From positions 1,184,001-1,248,000 of the forward strand of contig OY970176.1 of assembly GCA_963707955.1 (NCBI GenBank): 64,000 bases of DNA, given 5' to 3'. This DNA comes from Candidatus Bathyarchaeota archaeon (GTDB lineage: Archaea > Thermoproteota > Bathyarchaeia > Bathyarchaeales > Bathycorpusculaceae). Below, one piece after another: positions 30,500 to 40,983 of the stretch. A program made the translations under genes and the position numbers. The number at the start of each line of letters is the position of its first letter. The stretch's first letter is position 1. A model generated the notes under the pieces. The model ran no database searches. It had not been told where the DNA came from and saw only the letters and a list, made by a program, of their open reading frames with translations.

Positions 30500-30787
30500 C
30501 AGCACCGACTTCCCTATCCGCATACGTAAGGAATATCGAACACGTTTCTTAGCAAACACGTTGCATAAGACAGTTGTGAATGCAGAATCAATAATTGAAA
30601 GAAAGTATGATTGGCGACTCATCTGATACTTGCTGCAACTCTTCTGAATGAAAAACAAGCGATGAATCGAAAACACTAGCGCGCTAGGTTGCGCATGAAT
30701 CGTATATCCTTAATCTTCCTCTTTACACTCGTAAGAAAACTTTAATTCTACGACGGTTTCCTGTGATAAAGAAACAGAGGAAGAATA

Positions 30788-31849
30788 TTGGCCGGACTTG
30801 GTCAACTGAAGCTTGCAATGGGAACAAGCATATTTTTGGTGGCCCTCATTTTCGCCACGTTCCTTGCAGTAATAGTATTTATCGTCCAATTGTTCGTCGG
30901 TGAAATAGGCCTGTCCATTTGGATAATCCTCATTTTGGCCCTTCCAATCGTTTTCATCCTGTTTCAGTACCTCATCGGACCAGCTCTTGTCAGAATGTCA
31001 ACCCACTTGCAATACTTGAAGCCTGGCGAAAACCCTTGGCTTGAATCCACAGTGAAGGAACTGGCAGATAAGAGCAGAATACCGATGCCGAAAATTGCCG
31101 TAGTGCCCGACAAAACGCCCAACGCGTTTGTGTTCGGAAGAACATCGAACAGCGCAACCCTCGCGGTCCACGAAGGACTGCTTAAAGACCTGAACGAAGA
31201 CGAGGTTAAAGGCGTAATCGGACACGAACTAGGACACTTGAAACACAAGGACTACATCGTCATGACGGTGCTTTCAGCACTGCCGCTCGTTGCCTATCTT
31301 ATCGCACAAGGAACAACAGAAGCAGCGTTATTATCAGGCAGGTCAAGACAAAAAAACGAAGGCGACGTGGGAGCAGCTTTGCTCGTAGTCGGAATCCTTT
31401 CCTACGTAGTCTACATAATTTCACTGCTCTGCGTAATGAGACTTAGCAGACTGCGAGAACACTACGCAGACGCCTACTCAGCCTACGTGACAAAGGCACC
31501 CAGAAATCTTGAAAGCGCCCTTACGAAGATCACGTACGGGCTCTCGCTTTCACCAAAAGCACCGTCCGGCGTAAGAGCCTTCTACATAAGTGACCCCTCG
31601 CTGGCCAAACAAGAGATGCAGGAGATAGCGGACAAGAAAGAAGAGTACGACCTGGACCACGACGGAGTCTTGGACGAAAAAGAATTGGAACTTGCAATGG
31701 AAAAAGAAGCGAAATCCACTTGGAGGACAATAAACAGTTGGTTCTCAACGCATCCGCCAACCTTCAAGCGGATAATGCTGCTACGCGAAATAGACGAAGA
31801 GATGCAAAGTGGAAAATACACAGCTGACCACATCTACACGCACGTCTAG
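30788..31849 (+). CDS. htpX: Zinc metalloprotease HtpX (M48)
   Basis: PNAFVFG, HELGH, SRLREHYAD, STHPP motifs, TM helices. Confidence 0.92.
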   Translation: MAGLGQLKLAMGTSIFLVALIFATFLAVIVFIVQLFVGEIGLSIWIILILALPIVFILFQYLIGPALVRMSTHLQYLKPGENPWLESTVKELADKSRIPMPKIAVVPDKTPNAFVFGRTSNSATLAVHEGLLKDLNEDEVKGVIGHELGHLKHKDYIVMTVLSALPLVAYLIAQGTTEAALLSGRSRQKNEGDVGAALLVVGILSYVVYIISLLCVMRLSRLREHYADAYSAYVTKAPRNLESALTKITYGLSLSPKAPSGVRAFYISDPSLAKQEMQEIADKKEEYDLDHDGVLDEKELELAMEKEAKSTWRTINSWFSTHPPTFKRIMLLREIDEEMQSGKYTADHIYTHV

Positions 31850-32057
31850 CAAGAGACGAACCACTTCCATTCAGCTCTTCATCAGAAATCGAAGTTCACC
31901 TCTAATCAGAAAGTCTTCAGAGTTTTTCGCTTCTTGCTCGGCTCTTGTGAAAGCTCTGTTTCCCTCAATGCACTTGCTTGTCCTCTGGTAGATGATTTAT
32001 ACGGGTTTCCTCAATTATCTATCACTTTCACATCAAACCTTGAAGGTGAGTTAAGAG

Positions 32058-32756
32058 TTGAAGGTCAAGCTCCTCCGGTGCACAGCAGATGCGGAGCTAC
32101 TGTGCGGAACCGCAGCGTTAACGACGATAAAAAGTGAAAAACCCTCAGACATTCTTGAAAAAATGGATTCCGAAACGGCTAAACAAAAAATCAGGAAAGT
32201 AACAGGCTACGGACACGCCTCAGTCATCGAACACGCATCCTTCACGTTCAGTATCGAGGACGTTTCAAGGGGCATGACACATCAGCTGGTCAGACACCGC
32301 ATAGCCTCGTACTCGCAACAGAGCCAGCGCTACGTAACCTATGACACGTTGGAAAAGTATGTAACGCCTCCCAGCATCGCTTGCAGCTCGCAAGCAAAAA
32401 AGGCCTTCGATGACGCGTTGGAGAACATTTCTGAAGCATACCGCAAGCTTTTGAAGATGGGAATTCCGAAGGAAGACGCAAGGTTCATTCTCCCGAACGC
32501 TGCTAAAACCAACATCATCGTGACGATGAACGCCAGAGAACTGCGTCACTTCTTCAACCTAAGATGCTGCGCCCGCGCACAGTGGGAGATCAGAGAAGTC
32601 GCCGTTGAAATGCTAAAACAGGCAAAGAAAGCTGCACCTGCATTATTCGAAAACTGCGGGCCGAGCTGCGTTGAGCTGGGTTTCTGCACTGAAGGGAAGA
32701 TGAAGCCAGCAGAGTGCAACGTCTCAGAAATAAGAGAGAAGTTCAGACGTTTGTAA
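32058..32756 (+). CDS. thyX: Flavin-dependent thymidylate synthase
   Basis: GHASVIEH, RHRIASYSQQSQRY, EDARFILP, AQWEIR. Confidence 0.96.
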   Translation: MKVKLLRCTADAELLCGTAALTTIKSEKPSDILEKMDSETAKQKIRKVTGYGHASVIEHASFTFSIEDVSRGMTHQLVRHRIASYSQQSQRYVTYDTLEKYVTPPSIACSSQAKKAFDDALENISEAYRKLLKMGIPKEDARFILPNAAKTNIIVTMNARELRHFFNLRCCARAQWEIREVAVEMLKQAKKAAPALFENCGPSCVELGFCTEGKMKPAECNVSEIREKFRRL

Positions 32757-32794
32757 GTGGGCAAGTTCTGGTTCTAAACATAGACGCGATACGA

Positions 32795-33637
32795 ATGACC
32801 GGGTACAGGGTTCTACCAATTGTCACAAAATATTGGAAACCGGGACAAGACTACTTGGAAGAGATACTCAGATCCGTTAGAGGAAGATTAGCTGATGACG
32901 ACTTCATCGTCGTCTCAGAGAAGGCAATCTCAACAGCCCGGAACAACATAGTGGACGAAAACCAAGCGGAACCAAGCCTAAGTGCAAGGTTCATCGCCGC
33001 ATTTTGGATGCGCATAGTCTGGGGCCACTTTCTAGGCACGCTGTGTCATCTTAGAAGAGCACTGCTTCAGCATATCCGAGAATATCCAGCGGATATGGGC
33101 AGCCGTCACAAGCAGGTTGCGCTTCAGCATGCAGGTTTGCTGCAGACTCTTATGTTCGGGTCTGAAGGCGGTATCGATGGCAGTAACTTGCCGTACGCTT
33201 ACGTCAGCCTGCCCTTGAACGATGCCAACACAGTAGCTGAGACGATACGCAAGCGAGTATGGCTCGGACTGCAGAAAAAAGTGGTCGTCATGATCGTTGA
33301 CACTGACAAAACATATTCTCTGAAATGTTTCCATTTTACGCCACGCCCAAGCCCGATTGAAGGCATACATTGTTTCGGAGGATTCATAGCGTACGTTGCG
33401 GGGCGGTTCTTCAAGCTCAAGAAGAGAGCAACGCCTTTGGCCATTTCTGGGCGAAAGCTCAGGGTTGAAGAAGCTTTGGAAATTGCCGAATTGGCAAACC
33501 GTTCCAGAGGTTTCGGCGCCGGACGAACCGTGTGGGACATGGCAAGAAACTTCAAAGTGGCCTTGACTGATGTAAGCTGGGAAATGCTTCAGACAGTAAG
33601 ACATAAACCCATAGTTATTGTTAGAAGCAAGAGCTAG
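32795..33637 (+). CDS. CofE/F420-0:gamma-glutamyl ligase-family protein
   Basis: VVSEKAIS, GGIDGSN, VMIVDTD motifs; probable ATG 32795. Confidence 0.75.
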   Translation: MTGYRVLPIVTKYWKPGQDYLEEILRSVRGRLADDDFIVVSEKAISTARNNIVDENQAEPSLSARFIAAFWMRIVWGHFLGTLCHLRRALLQHIREYPADMGSRHKQVALQHAGLLQTLMFGSEGGIDGSNLPYAYVSLPLNDANTVAETIRKRVWLGLQKKVVVMIVDTDKTYSLKCFHFTPRPSPIEGIHCFGGFIAYVAGRFFKLKKRATPLAISGRKLRVEEALEIAELANRSRGFGAGRTVWDMARNFKVALTDVSWEMLQTVRHKPIVIVRSKS

Positions 33638-33646
33638 GAAGCGAGG

Positions 33647-35167
33647 GTGAAAACGTCGATGGAAGAGGAAACGAAAGCACTGAACGCTTTTTTTAACCCC
33701 CGCTCCGTCGCAATCGTGGGGGCTACCAAGAAAATAGAAAAAGCTGGACAGATCATATTCAAAAATTTCGTCGAGAACAAGACGAGACAGGTTTTCAAGG
33801 GCGAATTGTATGCGGTTAATCCAAACGAAAAGTCGATACTGGGCATCAAATGTTACCCGAACTTGAGCAAGATCTCAGGAGACCTTGAGCTGGTTGTCAT
33901 CGTCGTCCCAGCAGACGTTGTGCCCCAGATCATGAAGGAAGCGGCTGACAAGAAGGTCAAAGCGGCCGTCATCATCAGCGCTGGTTTCGCCGAGGTGGGA
34001 AACTGTGAGCTTGAAAGTGAAGTTGCAGCCATAGCTAAGGAGGCTGGAATTCGGGTTCTTGGACCCAACTGTCTCGGCGTGTACGATTCCAGAACAGGAG
34101 TGGACATGCTTTTCCTGCCAGAAACAAAGGTTCTGTTAACTGGAGACGAGGTTGTTGCGACACCGCGCCCCTTGCCGGGAAACATAGCGATCGTCAGTCA
34201 GAGCGGCGCTTTCGGCGCAGCGGCCCTTGACTATTTGGCAGGTTTACACACGGGAGCCAGCAAATTCGTGAGTTTCGGCAACAAGATCGATGTGGACGAG
34301 GCGGAGATGCTTCGGTACTTGTACCACGACAAAGAAACAACCGTGGTACTCCTCTACGTTGAGGACATAAAACATGGCAGAAGGTTTCTTGAAGCAGGGG
34401 AAGAAATAACCAGGAAAAAACCTGTCGTTGCCATAAAATCTGGAAGAACAGAGGCTGGTGCACGAGCTGCAGCCTCGCACACAGGCGCTATAGCCGGGTC
34501 GGACAGCATCTATGATGCTGCCTTCCAGCAGACGGGCATTCTCAGGGCAAGGGATATGGATGAGTTCTTCCACGCTGGAAAGGCGTTGTCGATGCAGATG
34601 CCTGCCAAAGGACAGAATGTTGCGGTAATCACGGATGCAGGAGGTCCGGGCATAATGGCGGTTGACGAATGCGGAGCAGTGGGGTTGAACGTCAAACGCT
34701 TCTCAGAAGAAACGGTTGCAAAGTTTGAGAAGTTGAAGGCAGAAGGTAAGCTTCCGAAGTTTGCAACAAACTTCAACCCTGTGGACGTGACGGGTTCAGG
34801 CACGTCGGAGATGTTTGAACTTGCAACAGAAATCGTCTTTCAAGACCCAGATATCCACGGCGTAATAATGATGGGTCTGCACCAAACTCCCGCTCTGAGA
34901 GAAGACTACATCGACAGAGTCGCAAAAGTTGCCTGCAACTATGAAAAGCCGATGGTTGCGTGCGACATCGGCGAGACGGAAATGGCCCTGAGCATTCGCC
35001 TAAGGTTTGACGGGTTAGGCGTTCCAGCTTATTCATCACCGGAAGACGCTGCAAGAGCCATGAACGCTCTTGTAAGGTACGGACTCTACCTGCAGAAGAA
35101 GGGCTATCTTGAAGAGTACATCAAGAACTTCTTGGAAAACAAACGAAGGAAGCATGTCAAAACGTGA
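33647..35167 (+). CDS. acdA: ADP-forming acyl-CoA synthetase alpha subunit
   Basis: PRSVAIVGA, GPNCLG, SQSGA, SHTGAIAG phospho-His, NPVDVTG. Confidence 0.92.
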   Translation: MKTSMEEETKALNAFFNPRSVAIVGATKKIEKAGQIIFKNFVENKTRQVFKGELYAVNPNEKSILGIKCYPNLSKISGDLELVVIVVPADVVPQIMKEAADKKVKAAVIISAGFAEVGNCELESEVAAIAKEAGIRVLGPNCLGVYDSRTGVDMLFLPETKVLLTGDEVVATPRPLPGNIAIVSQSGAFGAAALDYLAGLHTGASKFVSFGNKIDVDEAEMLRYLYHDKETTVVLLYVEDIKHGRRFLEAGEEITRKKPVVAIKSGRTEAGARAAASHTGAIAGSDSIYDAAFQQTGILRARDMDEFFHAGKALSMQMPAKGQNVAVITDAGGPGIMAVDECGAVGLNVKRFSEETVAKFEKLKAEGKLPKFATNFNPVDVTGSGTSEMFELATEIVFQDPDIHGVIMMGLHQTPALREDYIDRVAKVACNYEKPMVACDIGETEMALSIRLRFDGLGVPAYSSPEDAARAMNALVRYGLYLQKKGYLEEYIKNFLENKRRKHVKT

Positions 35168-35543
35168 CCTTAACCTCAACCCAGCTGCCATCGACAAGAT
35201 GAAGCCTTTCTCTCAGGTTTGCTGATGAAATCACTTCAACAACATCCTCTGGGTAACCGGGAACTTCTGGGATGACAACTGCACACTTCACTTTCATTAT
35301 GCTTGCCTCGAAGATTCGTCCACGACAATAGCCAGGAGCAGGCAAGATTTCCGCCCCTGTCGCGTTCATCAATGCCTTCTTCATTTTGGCGCCCTTCCCA
35401 TCAAGCCTTATGTTCAACGTGCCAGAATAGGGCGTGAAACCCAACTTTTCTTCTATCTGTTTTCTAGCCCAGGAAAGGTTTACGAATTCTTCTCCTTCAC
35501 CTTTGCCCGAGAAGACTCCTCCCTTCAAGCGCAGCGTATTCAC
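35157..35543 (-). CDS. ribK: CTP-dependent riboflavin kinase
   Basis: GVFSGKGEG, LGFTPYSGTLN, VEVIS..NLR motifs. Confidence 0.88.
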   Translation of the reverse strand: MNTLRLKGGVFSGKGEGEEFVNLSWARKQIEEKLGFTPYSGTLNIRLDGKGAKMKKALMNATGAEILPAPGYCRGRIFEASIMKVKCAVVIPEVPGYPEDVVEVISSANLRERLHLVDGSWVEVKVTF

Positions 35544-35604
35544 GCAATCAAGACTCCTGCCTCACGTTTAGATGTTCAAAGAAAAACTGGGGGGCAAAAA
35601 AGGT

Positions 35605-35973
35605 CTATTTTTGCTCTTTCAGCCAAACTGCAACTTTCTTGATCACCGCGTTAGACGTCATGTCGACAACGGGCACTATCATTTTTTCTCGCGTCTCGAT
35701 AACCGGCTGGTACTTAGGCATAAAGGAATAGCCGAGGAAAGTCCAGTAGACGCGTCCCTTTTCAATCAGCATTTTCGCGGTGGCCTCTGTTGATGCTGGC
35801 AGGGGGAAGTAGAGAAAAACCACGCCTTCAGCCCAGTACAGGCCCGCAGCTTTGCCGCCGGCGATTATAGACGCAAACCTCGCTATCTCATCAGCGTTCG
35901 CGAAGTAATCCTTCTCCATGATCACGATCTCCTTGAAAGGCTCGTATTTCACTGCCACTTCGCCTTCACTCAT
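35605..35973 (-). CDS. Conserved hypothetical protein (TACK-type)
   Basis: Compact ORF with LYWAEGVVF and IVPVVD; co-oriented with ribK. Confidence 0.7.
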   Translation of the reverse strand: MSEGEVAVKYEPFKEIVIMEKDYFANADEIARFASIIAGGKAAGLYWAEGVVFLYFPLPASTEATAKMLIEKGRVYWTFLGYSFMPKYQPVIETREKMIVPVVDMTSNAVIKKVAVWLKEQK

Positions 35974-36080
35974 AACGTTCACCGTTCTCTTGTGTTGTCT
36001 AACTGGTTTAAGTTCCATTTTAATTTTGTCTTTCCAGAAAAGTTATACAGCAGACGTCTGTTAAAGCCTTAAACCAAACA

Positions 36081-37178
36081 GTGTTGAAGGAGAAATTTAG
36101 CTTGCCAGAAGTTCGTGTCGCGCTGGTGGGTGTGGGCAATTCTGCCTCGGCTCTCATTCAAGGAGTCCAGTATTACAAGAACGCAGAGGAAAATAGGAAC
36201 GTGCCAGGCTTGATGCACGTTAATTTTGGCCCGTACCACATAAGGGACGTGAAGTTCGTAGCAGCCTTTGAGGTGAACAAGGACAAGATCGGAAAAGACT
36301 TGTCTGAAGCCATTTTTACTGCGCCGAACTGCTGCGAGAAATTTGCAGACGTGCCCACCTTGGACGTCAAAGTTACGGGAGGGCCAGTTCTCGACGGGGC
36401 GGCTGAACACATGAAGAAGGTTTTCAACGTTTACAAGAACGAAGTTGGCCCCGAGCACGTCGTCGACGTTTTGAAGAAGTCCAAGGCGCAGATACTCGTG
36501 AACTATCTGCCCGTGGGAAGCCGAAAGGCCGCTCGATTTTATGCCCAATCAGCCTTGGACGCTGGCTGCGCCTTCATCAACTGCATGCCCGAGTTCATCG
36601 CTTCGGACGGTTCATGGAGCAAAAAGTTTGAGGAAAAAGGACTGCCGATCGCTGGAGACGACATCAAAAGCCAGTTAGGAGCCACCATTCTGCACCGAAG
36701 CATCGCCAAACTGTGCGTGGACAGGGGCGTGATCATCGATGAAACCTATCAGCTGAACCTCGGAGGAGACACCGACTTCCTGAACATGACGGTCGAGGAA
36801 CGGTTGAAGACTAAACGGATCAGCAAGACCGAAGCCGTGACGAGCATGGTTCCATACGACTTGCCCACCCGTATAGGACCTTCAGATTACGTGCCGTTCC
36901 TGGGAAACAAGAAGATCTGCTACTTGTGGCTGAAGGGAAGGAAATTCGGTGACAGACCCTTGACCGTGTCTGTTAAGCTTGAGGTTGAAGACTCACCGAA
37001 CAGCGCGGGAGTCGTGATCGACATAATACGAGCGGTCAAAATTGCATTGGACCGCAAGATTGGAGGAGCATTGCTGAGCATATCCTCGTACGCCTTTAAG
37101 CACCCTCCGATTCAGGTTCCGGACGCCTTGGCCAAGCAGGCTGTTGAAGAATTCATTCAAGGGAAGAGAGAACGCTGA
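36081..37178 (+). CDS. ino1: Myo-inositol-1-phosphate synthase
   Basis: GVGNSAS, NYLPVGS, GDDIKSQLGAT, YQLNLGG, DSPNSAG. Confidence 0.95.
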   Translation: MLKEKFSLPEVRVALVGVGNSASALIQGVQYYKNAEENRNVPGLMHVNFGPYHIRDVKFVAAFEVNKDKIGKDLSEAIFTAPNCCEKFADVPTLDVKVTGGPVLDGAAEHMKKVFNVYKNEVGPEHVVDVLKKSKAQILVNYLPVGSRKAARFYAQSALDAGCAFINCMPEFIASDGSWSKKFEEKGLPIAGDDIKSQLGATILHRSIAKLCVDRGVIIDETYQLNLGGDTDFLNMTVEERLKTKRISKTEAVTSMVPYDLPTRIGPSDYVPFLGNKKICYLWLKGRKFGDRPLTVSVKLEVEDSPNSAGVVIDIIRAVKIALDRKIGGALLSISSYAFKHPPIQVPDALAKQAVEEFIQGKRER

Positions 37179-37249
37179 GAGCCTTAAGAATACGCCCGCG
37201 CTTCGCAGCAGTAGGCAGCTTCCTGATTTTCATCGGTGTCTCTTGGTCT

Positions 37250-38035
37250 CTAGGAAGTAAACAGTGCTGAACCGTCGCCGAACAGCGCAAGGATCTTCCT
37301 TGGGTTAAAAACGCTGAAAACTGACTTTCTTAGATTCTTTCCCATCCTTGGAATCAAACCGGCAGCATCCGTGCCTAACTTGCACAGGACCGCATGTTCA
37401 AACATTCCCAAGGACTCGACCTTGACGATGTCACGGTTAAATTCTGCTCTTCTTATAGCCGACATCACTTCGCCATAGGAAGCTCCGAGAACCAACAGCC
37501 TGTCGAGCAGGGAACGCGTCCAGCCTGCGTACTGTTCCTGCTGCTTCTCTGAGAGCTCAGCTTCAATGTGCTTTTTTTCAAGGTCGGCGCTTGTAACTCT
37601 GATGTGTAACGGTAGGTTTTCACAGAAACCGAAAAGCTCCGCCATCTTGCCGAGCGCAATCTTGCTTCCATCTCCCAGCTGGGCCTGCAGTTGATTCAAC
37701 GAGACCGCAGCGTCAACGTGGCTTGGTGAAGAAACTCCTATGTCGACCCAGAGCTCGTTCTTGCTTTTCGATGGGTCCATAACGTATCCTTTAAGCGTTG
37801 AATATTTCCTGACCTTTTCTAAGCCTCCTGGGCAAAGCCCTATGTTGTCGGCCAGATAGCGGACGGCCACGTTCTCGTCTTCGCCGGAAATCGACACGTG
37901 AACCCATCCGAGTGAATCGGTCTCGAGCATGTTGGTCTTAACCTTCAACCCCTTCAACAAAGACCTCAAGTTTCCGTCAACTTGGTCTAACTGAGAATTG
38001 TTGTAGATTCTGGTAAGCAGAGTTATGGAAGGCAA
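37250..38035 (-). CDS. DUF2110-family protein
   Basis: GEDE.VA..YL, VESLG.FEHAVLCK.GTDAAGLI; position in the conserved trm56-tfe-HD-DUF2110 cluster. Confidence 0.75.
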   Translation of the reverse strand: MPSITLLTRIYNNSQLDQVDGNLRSLLKGLKVKTNMLETDSLGWVHVSISGEDENVAVRYLADNIGLCPGGLEKVRKYSTLKGYVMDPSKSKNELWVDIGVSSPSHVDAAVSLNQLQAQLGDGSKIALGKMAELFGFCENLPLHIRVTSADLEKKHIEAELSEKQQEQYAGWTRSLLDRLLVLGASYGEVMSAIRRAEFNRDIVKVESLGMFEHAVLCKLGTDAAGLIPRMGKNLRKSVFSVFNPRKILALFGDGSALFTS

Positions 38036-38565
38036 TCGCAATCGCCGACTAGAGCCAACATTTCCTCGTGCAGTTTCCATATTCTCTCAATGGCAGCCGG
38101 CGGCAACTCCTGTGAAAGCTGGTCTATCGTTTTCTCTATTGGGACGCGACGTGAGCTTTCAATAAGCTTGTCTGCGTAGCAGACGATTTTTTCTTCAAGC
38201 GTCTGTGGAACGTACACGTCTTTGGGCCACCCGAGTTTCTTTGCCTCTCTGGCCGTTATCCCGCCGCCCACGTGCTTCTTGATAATTGATACAACCTGCT
38301 CCGGAAGTCCCAGGGACCTTGCGATTTCTGCCCCGACTACTGCGTGATGGACAGTGTGCGTCTTGCCTCGTCCAATGTCATGTAAGAGTCCTCCGACCTC
38401 GACGAGTTCCAGATTAACATGTGAACCGCTTTTCTGGCATGCTTCAGCGATCTCGCAGGCAAGCTCAGTAACTTTTTCAGCGTGTCTTACAACGTTCTCG
38501 CGGCATCCGCTCTGCCTGAGAAACTGCAGTGCTTCTTTTCTCGTGGGGAGCTTTTCACTCACCAA
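38023..38565 (-). CDS. HD-domain (HDIG) metal-dependent phosphohydrolase
   Basis: LLHDIGR, HAVVGAEI, HVGGG, EEKIVCYADKL. Confidence 0.9.
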   Translation of the reverse strand: MVSEKLPTRKEALQFLRQSGCRENVVRHAEKVTELACEIAEACQKSGSHVNLELVEVGGLLHDIGRGKTHTVHHAVVGAEIARSLGLPEQVVSIIKKHVGGGITAREAKKLGWPKDVYVPQTLEEKIVCYADKLIESSRRVPIEKTIDQLSQELPPAAIERIWKLHEEMLALVGDCDCLP

Positions 38566-39066
38566 GCTCCTTCCTTAGTGTTTCGACCTTCTTTCCCAAC
38601 GCTTCAAGGATCTTGTCGTTGTCGTAGTGCATCAACGGTTTTCCGCATGTTGGGCACTTGAAAACCAGTTCCACAGCTTCTTCAAACGGATCCGCTTGCA
38701 TCCAGGCGTGGTGCAATAGTAGAAGTCATGGTTTTTCTCGAACTCCAGTCGGACGTTGAGTTTTTCAAGAACCCGACGTTTTTGGCTCTGTATGAAACCT
38801 TCCAGCTGGTCTGACTGTAGCCTCCAATGAAAAATGAACCAGCCAGTCTTCGGGTCGCGTGTTCGTCTCAAGCTTACAAGAGAATGGTCATAAAGCTTGT
38901 AGAGGATCTTGCGCACCGAGTTCAGTCTTATGCCCGTTTTGCTTGCTATCTCATCGTCTGTTGTTTCTTGTGCGTTTTTGAGGATTTCAATGAGCTTGAT
39001 GGCGTCCTCCTCGCCTAGGGCTTGTGCAACTCTCGTCAGTGTTGCGTCGTCTATGTTGGACAACAT
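38555..39066 (-). CDS. tfe: Transcription factor E alpha (apparent missing base at 38688-38689)
   Basis: Winged helix TDDEIA...VRKILYKL..GWFIFHW; adding one C restores IPFEEAVELVFKCPTCGKPL...ELGE*. Confidence 0.9.
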
Positions 39067-39166
39067 AGTGCTCCTTTTGTTTCCCCTCTTCAACGCTGGT
39101 CTCTATATTGTATATTGTGCATGGTTCGACCTTAAATCTCTTTGGAAAAAAGCAGAATCACACCAT

Positions 39167-39709
39167 CTATTCATTCACTATCTTCTTTCCCCTTGCTTGA
39201 GGAATGATCTCCAGGTGCGTGTTCTCGAACCTTCTCGTCAGTTCCTTTCCCTCGAAAAAGCGATCAAGAAAAACCGCCAAACTTGCACATTCCGAATGCG
39301 GCTGGTTTCCGACTGCCACGTTGAAGTCTGACACGGCTTCGGAGAAGAATTCGCCAGGCACTTTCTGGCTTCCAACGATGACCAAAACGTCCTTTCCTGA
39401 TGTCTTGATCTTCTCTATCGCATCGCTGGTTTCAACGTTTTCTCCATAAGCCGTCAGATGGACAACTAGGCCGCCCTTGACTCTCCAACCGTGAACAACT
39501 CTTTTCCAAGGAGTTCCCATCTCAAAGAAGAAAGGGCCTCCCCATTCTCGAGTGACTTTTTCAATCGAGTCCTTGATCTTGGGGTCGTTTGTGTCTGAAA
39601 CTATTAGGCCAGCAGCTCCGAAAGCCCTAGCTGCCAGCGCAACGTGCGATGTTAGCCTTGCGTCTCTCTGCGGTCTGTGACCCCATCTCAGAACAACTAC
39701 TCGAGGCAT
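39167..39709 (-). CDS. trm56: tRNA (cytidine56-2'-O)-methyltransferase
   Basis: GHRPQRDARLTSHV, VHLTAYG, VGSQKVP, NQPHSE. Confidence 0.93.
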   Translation of the reverse strand: MPRVVVLRWGHRPQRDARLTSHVALAARAFGAAGLIVSDTNDPKIKDSIEKVTREWGGPFFFEMGTPWKRVVHGWRVKGGLVVHLTAYGENVETSDAIEKIKTSGKDVLVIVGSQKVPGEFFSEAVSDFNVAVGNQPHSECASLAVFLDRFFEGKELTRRFENTHLEIIPQARGKKIVNE

Positions 39710-39720
39710 GTTCTCTCCTT

Positions 39721-40983
39721 TCAGACTTTCTCCATTTTCCCGTTGAATTCTTTCGCTACGCGATTCCTCACCTTTTCAGCGAACGATGGGCTTGCTTCAA
39801 AAACCACGTGCACCGAGTCTGCCGTGTAATCTGCCGCTTGCACGTCAGCGCCTTTGAAGAGCCAGGCCATGAAGGGCATCGTTTCCTTCGTTACCGGTAT
39901 CGTGAATGAGGCTTTCACATACTCCTTAAATCCGTTCAGTATTTCTTGTTTCAACTGCTCGATGTTTGTTCCGTACAACGCGGATATGGGCACCGGCGTT
40001 TTGGCTCTGTCCCTCAGGTTTTCGATCTTCTGCTGGATGTCCGCGTTCGAGACCAAGTCGATCTTGTTCAGCACGACTATCGTTGGTATGCCTCCTGCTC
40101 CGATGCGCTCTATCGTCTCCATACATGTTGAAAGTTTCTTTTCCATAATGCTCATCGCTTCGCTTGCGTCTACCATCAGAAGTATGAGGTCAGAGTAGAT
40201 TGTTTCTTCAAGAGTTGAATGGAAAGCCTCTATGAGTGTTAACGGCAACCGGTCTATGAAGCCCACAGTGTCTGTCAACAGGAACTTCTTCTTGGAGAAA
40301 GTGACAAGCCTCGTCGTTGTTGAGAGTGTCGTGAACAACGCTGTGTCCACTGGAACTGTTTCTTTTGCAAGAACGTTGAACAGGGAGCTTTTTCCTGCTT
40401 TTGTGTATCCAGCCAGAGAGATTGATGCGAAGCCCAATTCGGCCCTCCTTTCGCGGTGTAGTAGACGCTTTCCTCTGAACTTCTTCAGTCTTCTTCGTGT
40501 GGCATGCACTTCTCTCTTGACGCTTTCATAGTAAACGTCAACTTCATAAGCTCCCAGCCCCATGAACCCAGGCTGCTCTGCCCTCTTTGCCAACCTTACT
40601 CTCTCTTTTGCCTGCGTAAGGTCGTACTGTAGCTTTGCAAGGTGGATCTGCATCTGTGCCTCAGATGTTGTAGCTCTTCTTGTGAAGATCTCCAGTATGA
40701 GTTGGAAGCGGTCGATGGACTCGACGTTGGTCGCCTTTGCCAGGTTGTAGGATTGCAAGGGTCTCAGAAGGTTGTCGAATATGATTTTTTCAGCGCCAGT
40801 TTTCTTTACAAGTTCGGCGAGTTCTTCGACCTTTCCAGCGCCTATCTGGTAACGTGCGTCAGGTTCTTTGACCTGCTCCATCCTGCCGACAACCGTGTAG
40901 CCTGCTGTTTGTGCTAGGCTGTCAAGCTCATCAAGTGTCATTGGTTCGGACCGCTGCCGGCGCTGAACTATGATTGCTCTCGT
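39721..40983 (-). CDS. hflX: GTPase HflX (start uncertain)
   Basis: GYTKAGKSS, LFTTL, DTVGF, NKID motifs; frame stays open upstream of ATG 40941 (TRAIIVQRR). Confidence 0.92.
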   Translation of the reverse strand, partial: TRAIIVQRRQRSEPMTLDELDSLAQTAGYTVVGRMEQVKEPDARYQIGAGKVEELAELVKKTGAEKIIFDNLLRPLQSYNLAKATNVESIDRFQLILEIFTRRATTSEAQMQIHLAKLQYDLTQAKERVRLAKRAEQPGFMGLGAYEVDVYYESVKREVHATRRRLKKFRGKRLLHRERRAELGFASISLAGYTKAGKSSLFNVLAKETVPVDTALFTTLSTTTRLVTFSKKKFLLTDTVGFIDRLPLTLIEAFHSTLEETIYSDLILLMVDASEAMSIMEKKLSTCMETIERIGAGGIPTIVVLNKIDLVSNADIQQKIENLRDRAKTPVPISALYGTNIEQLKQEILNGFKEYVKASFTIPVTKETMPFMAWLFKGADVQAADYTADSVHVVFEASPSFAEKVRNRVAKEFNGKMEKV

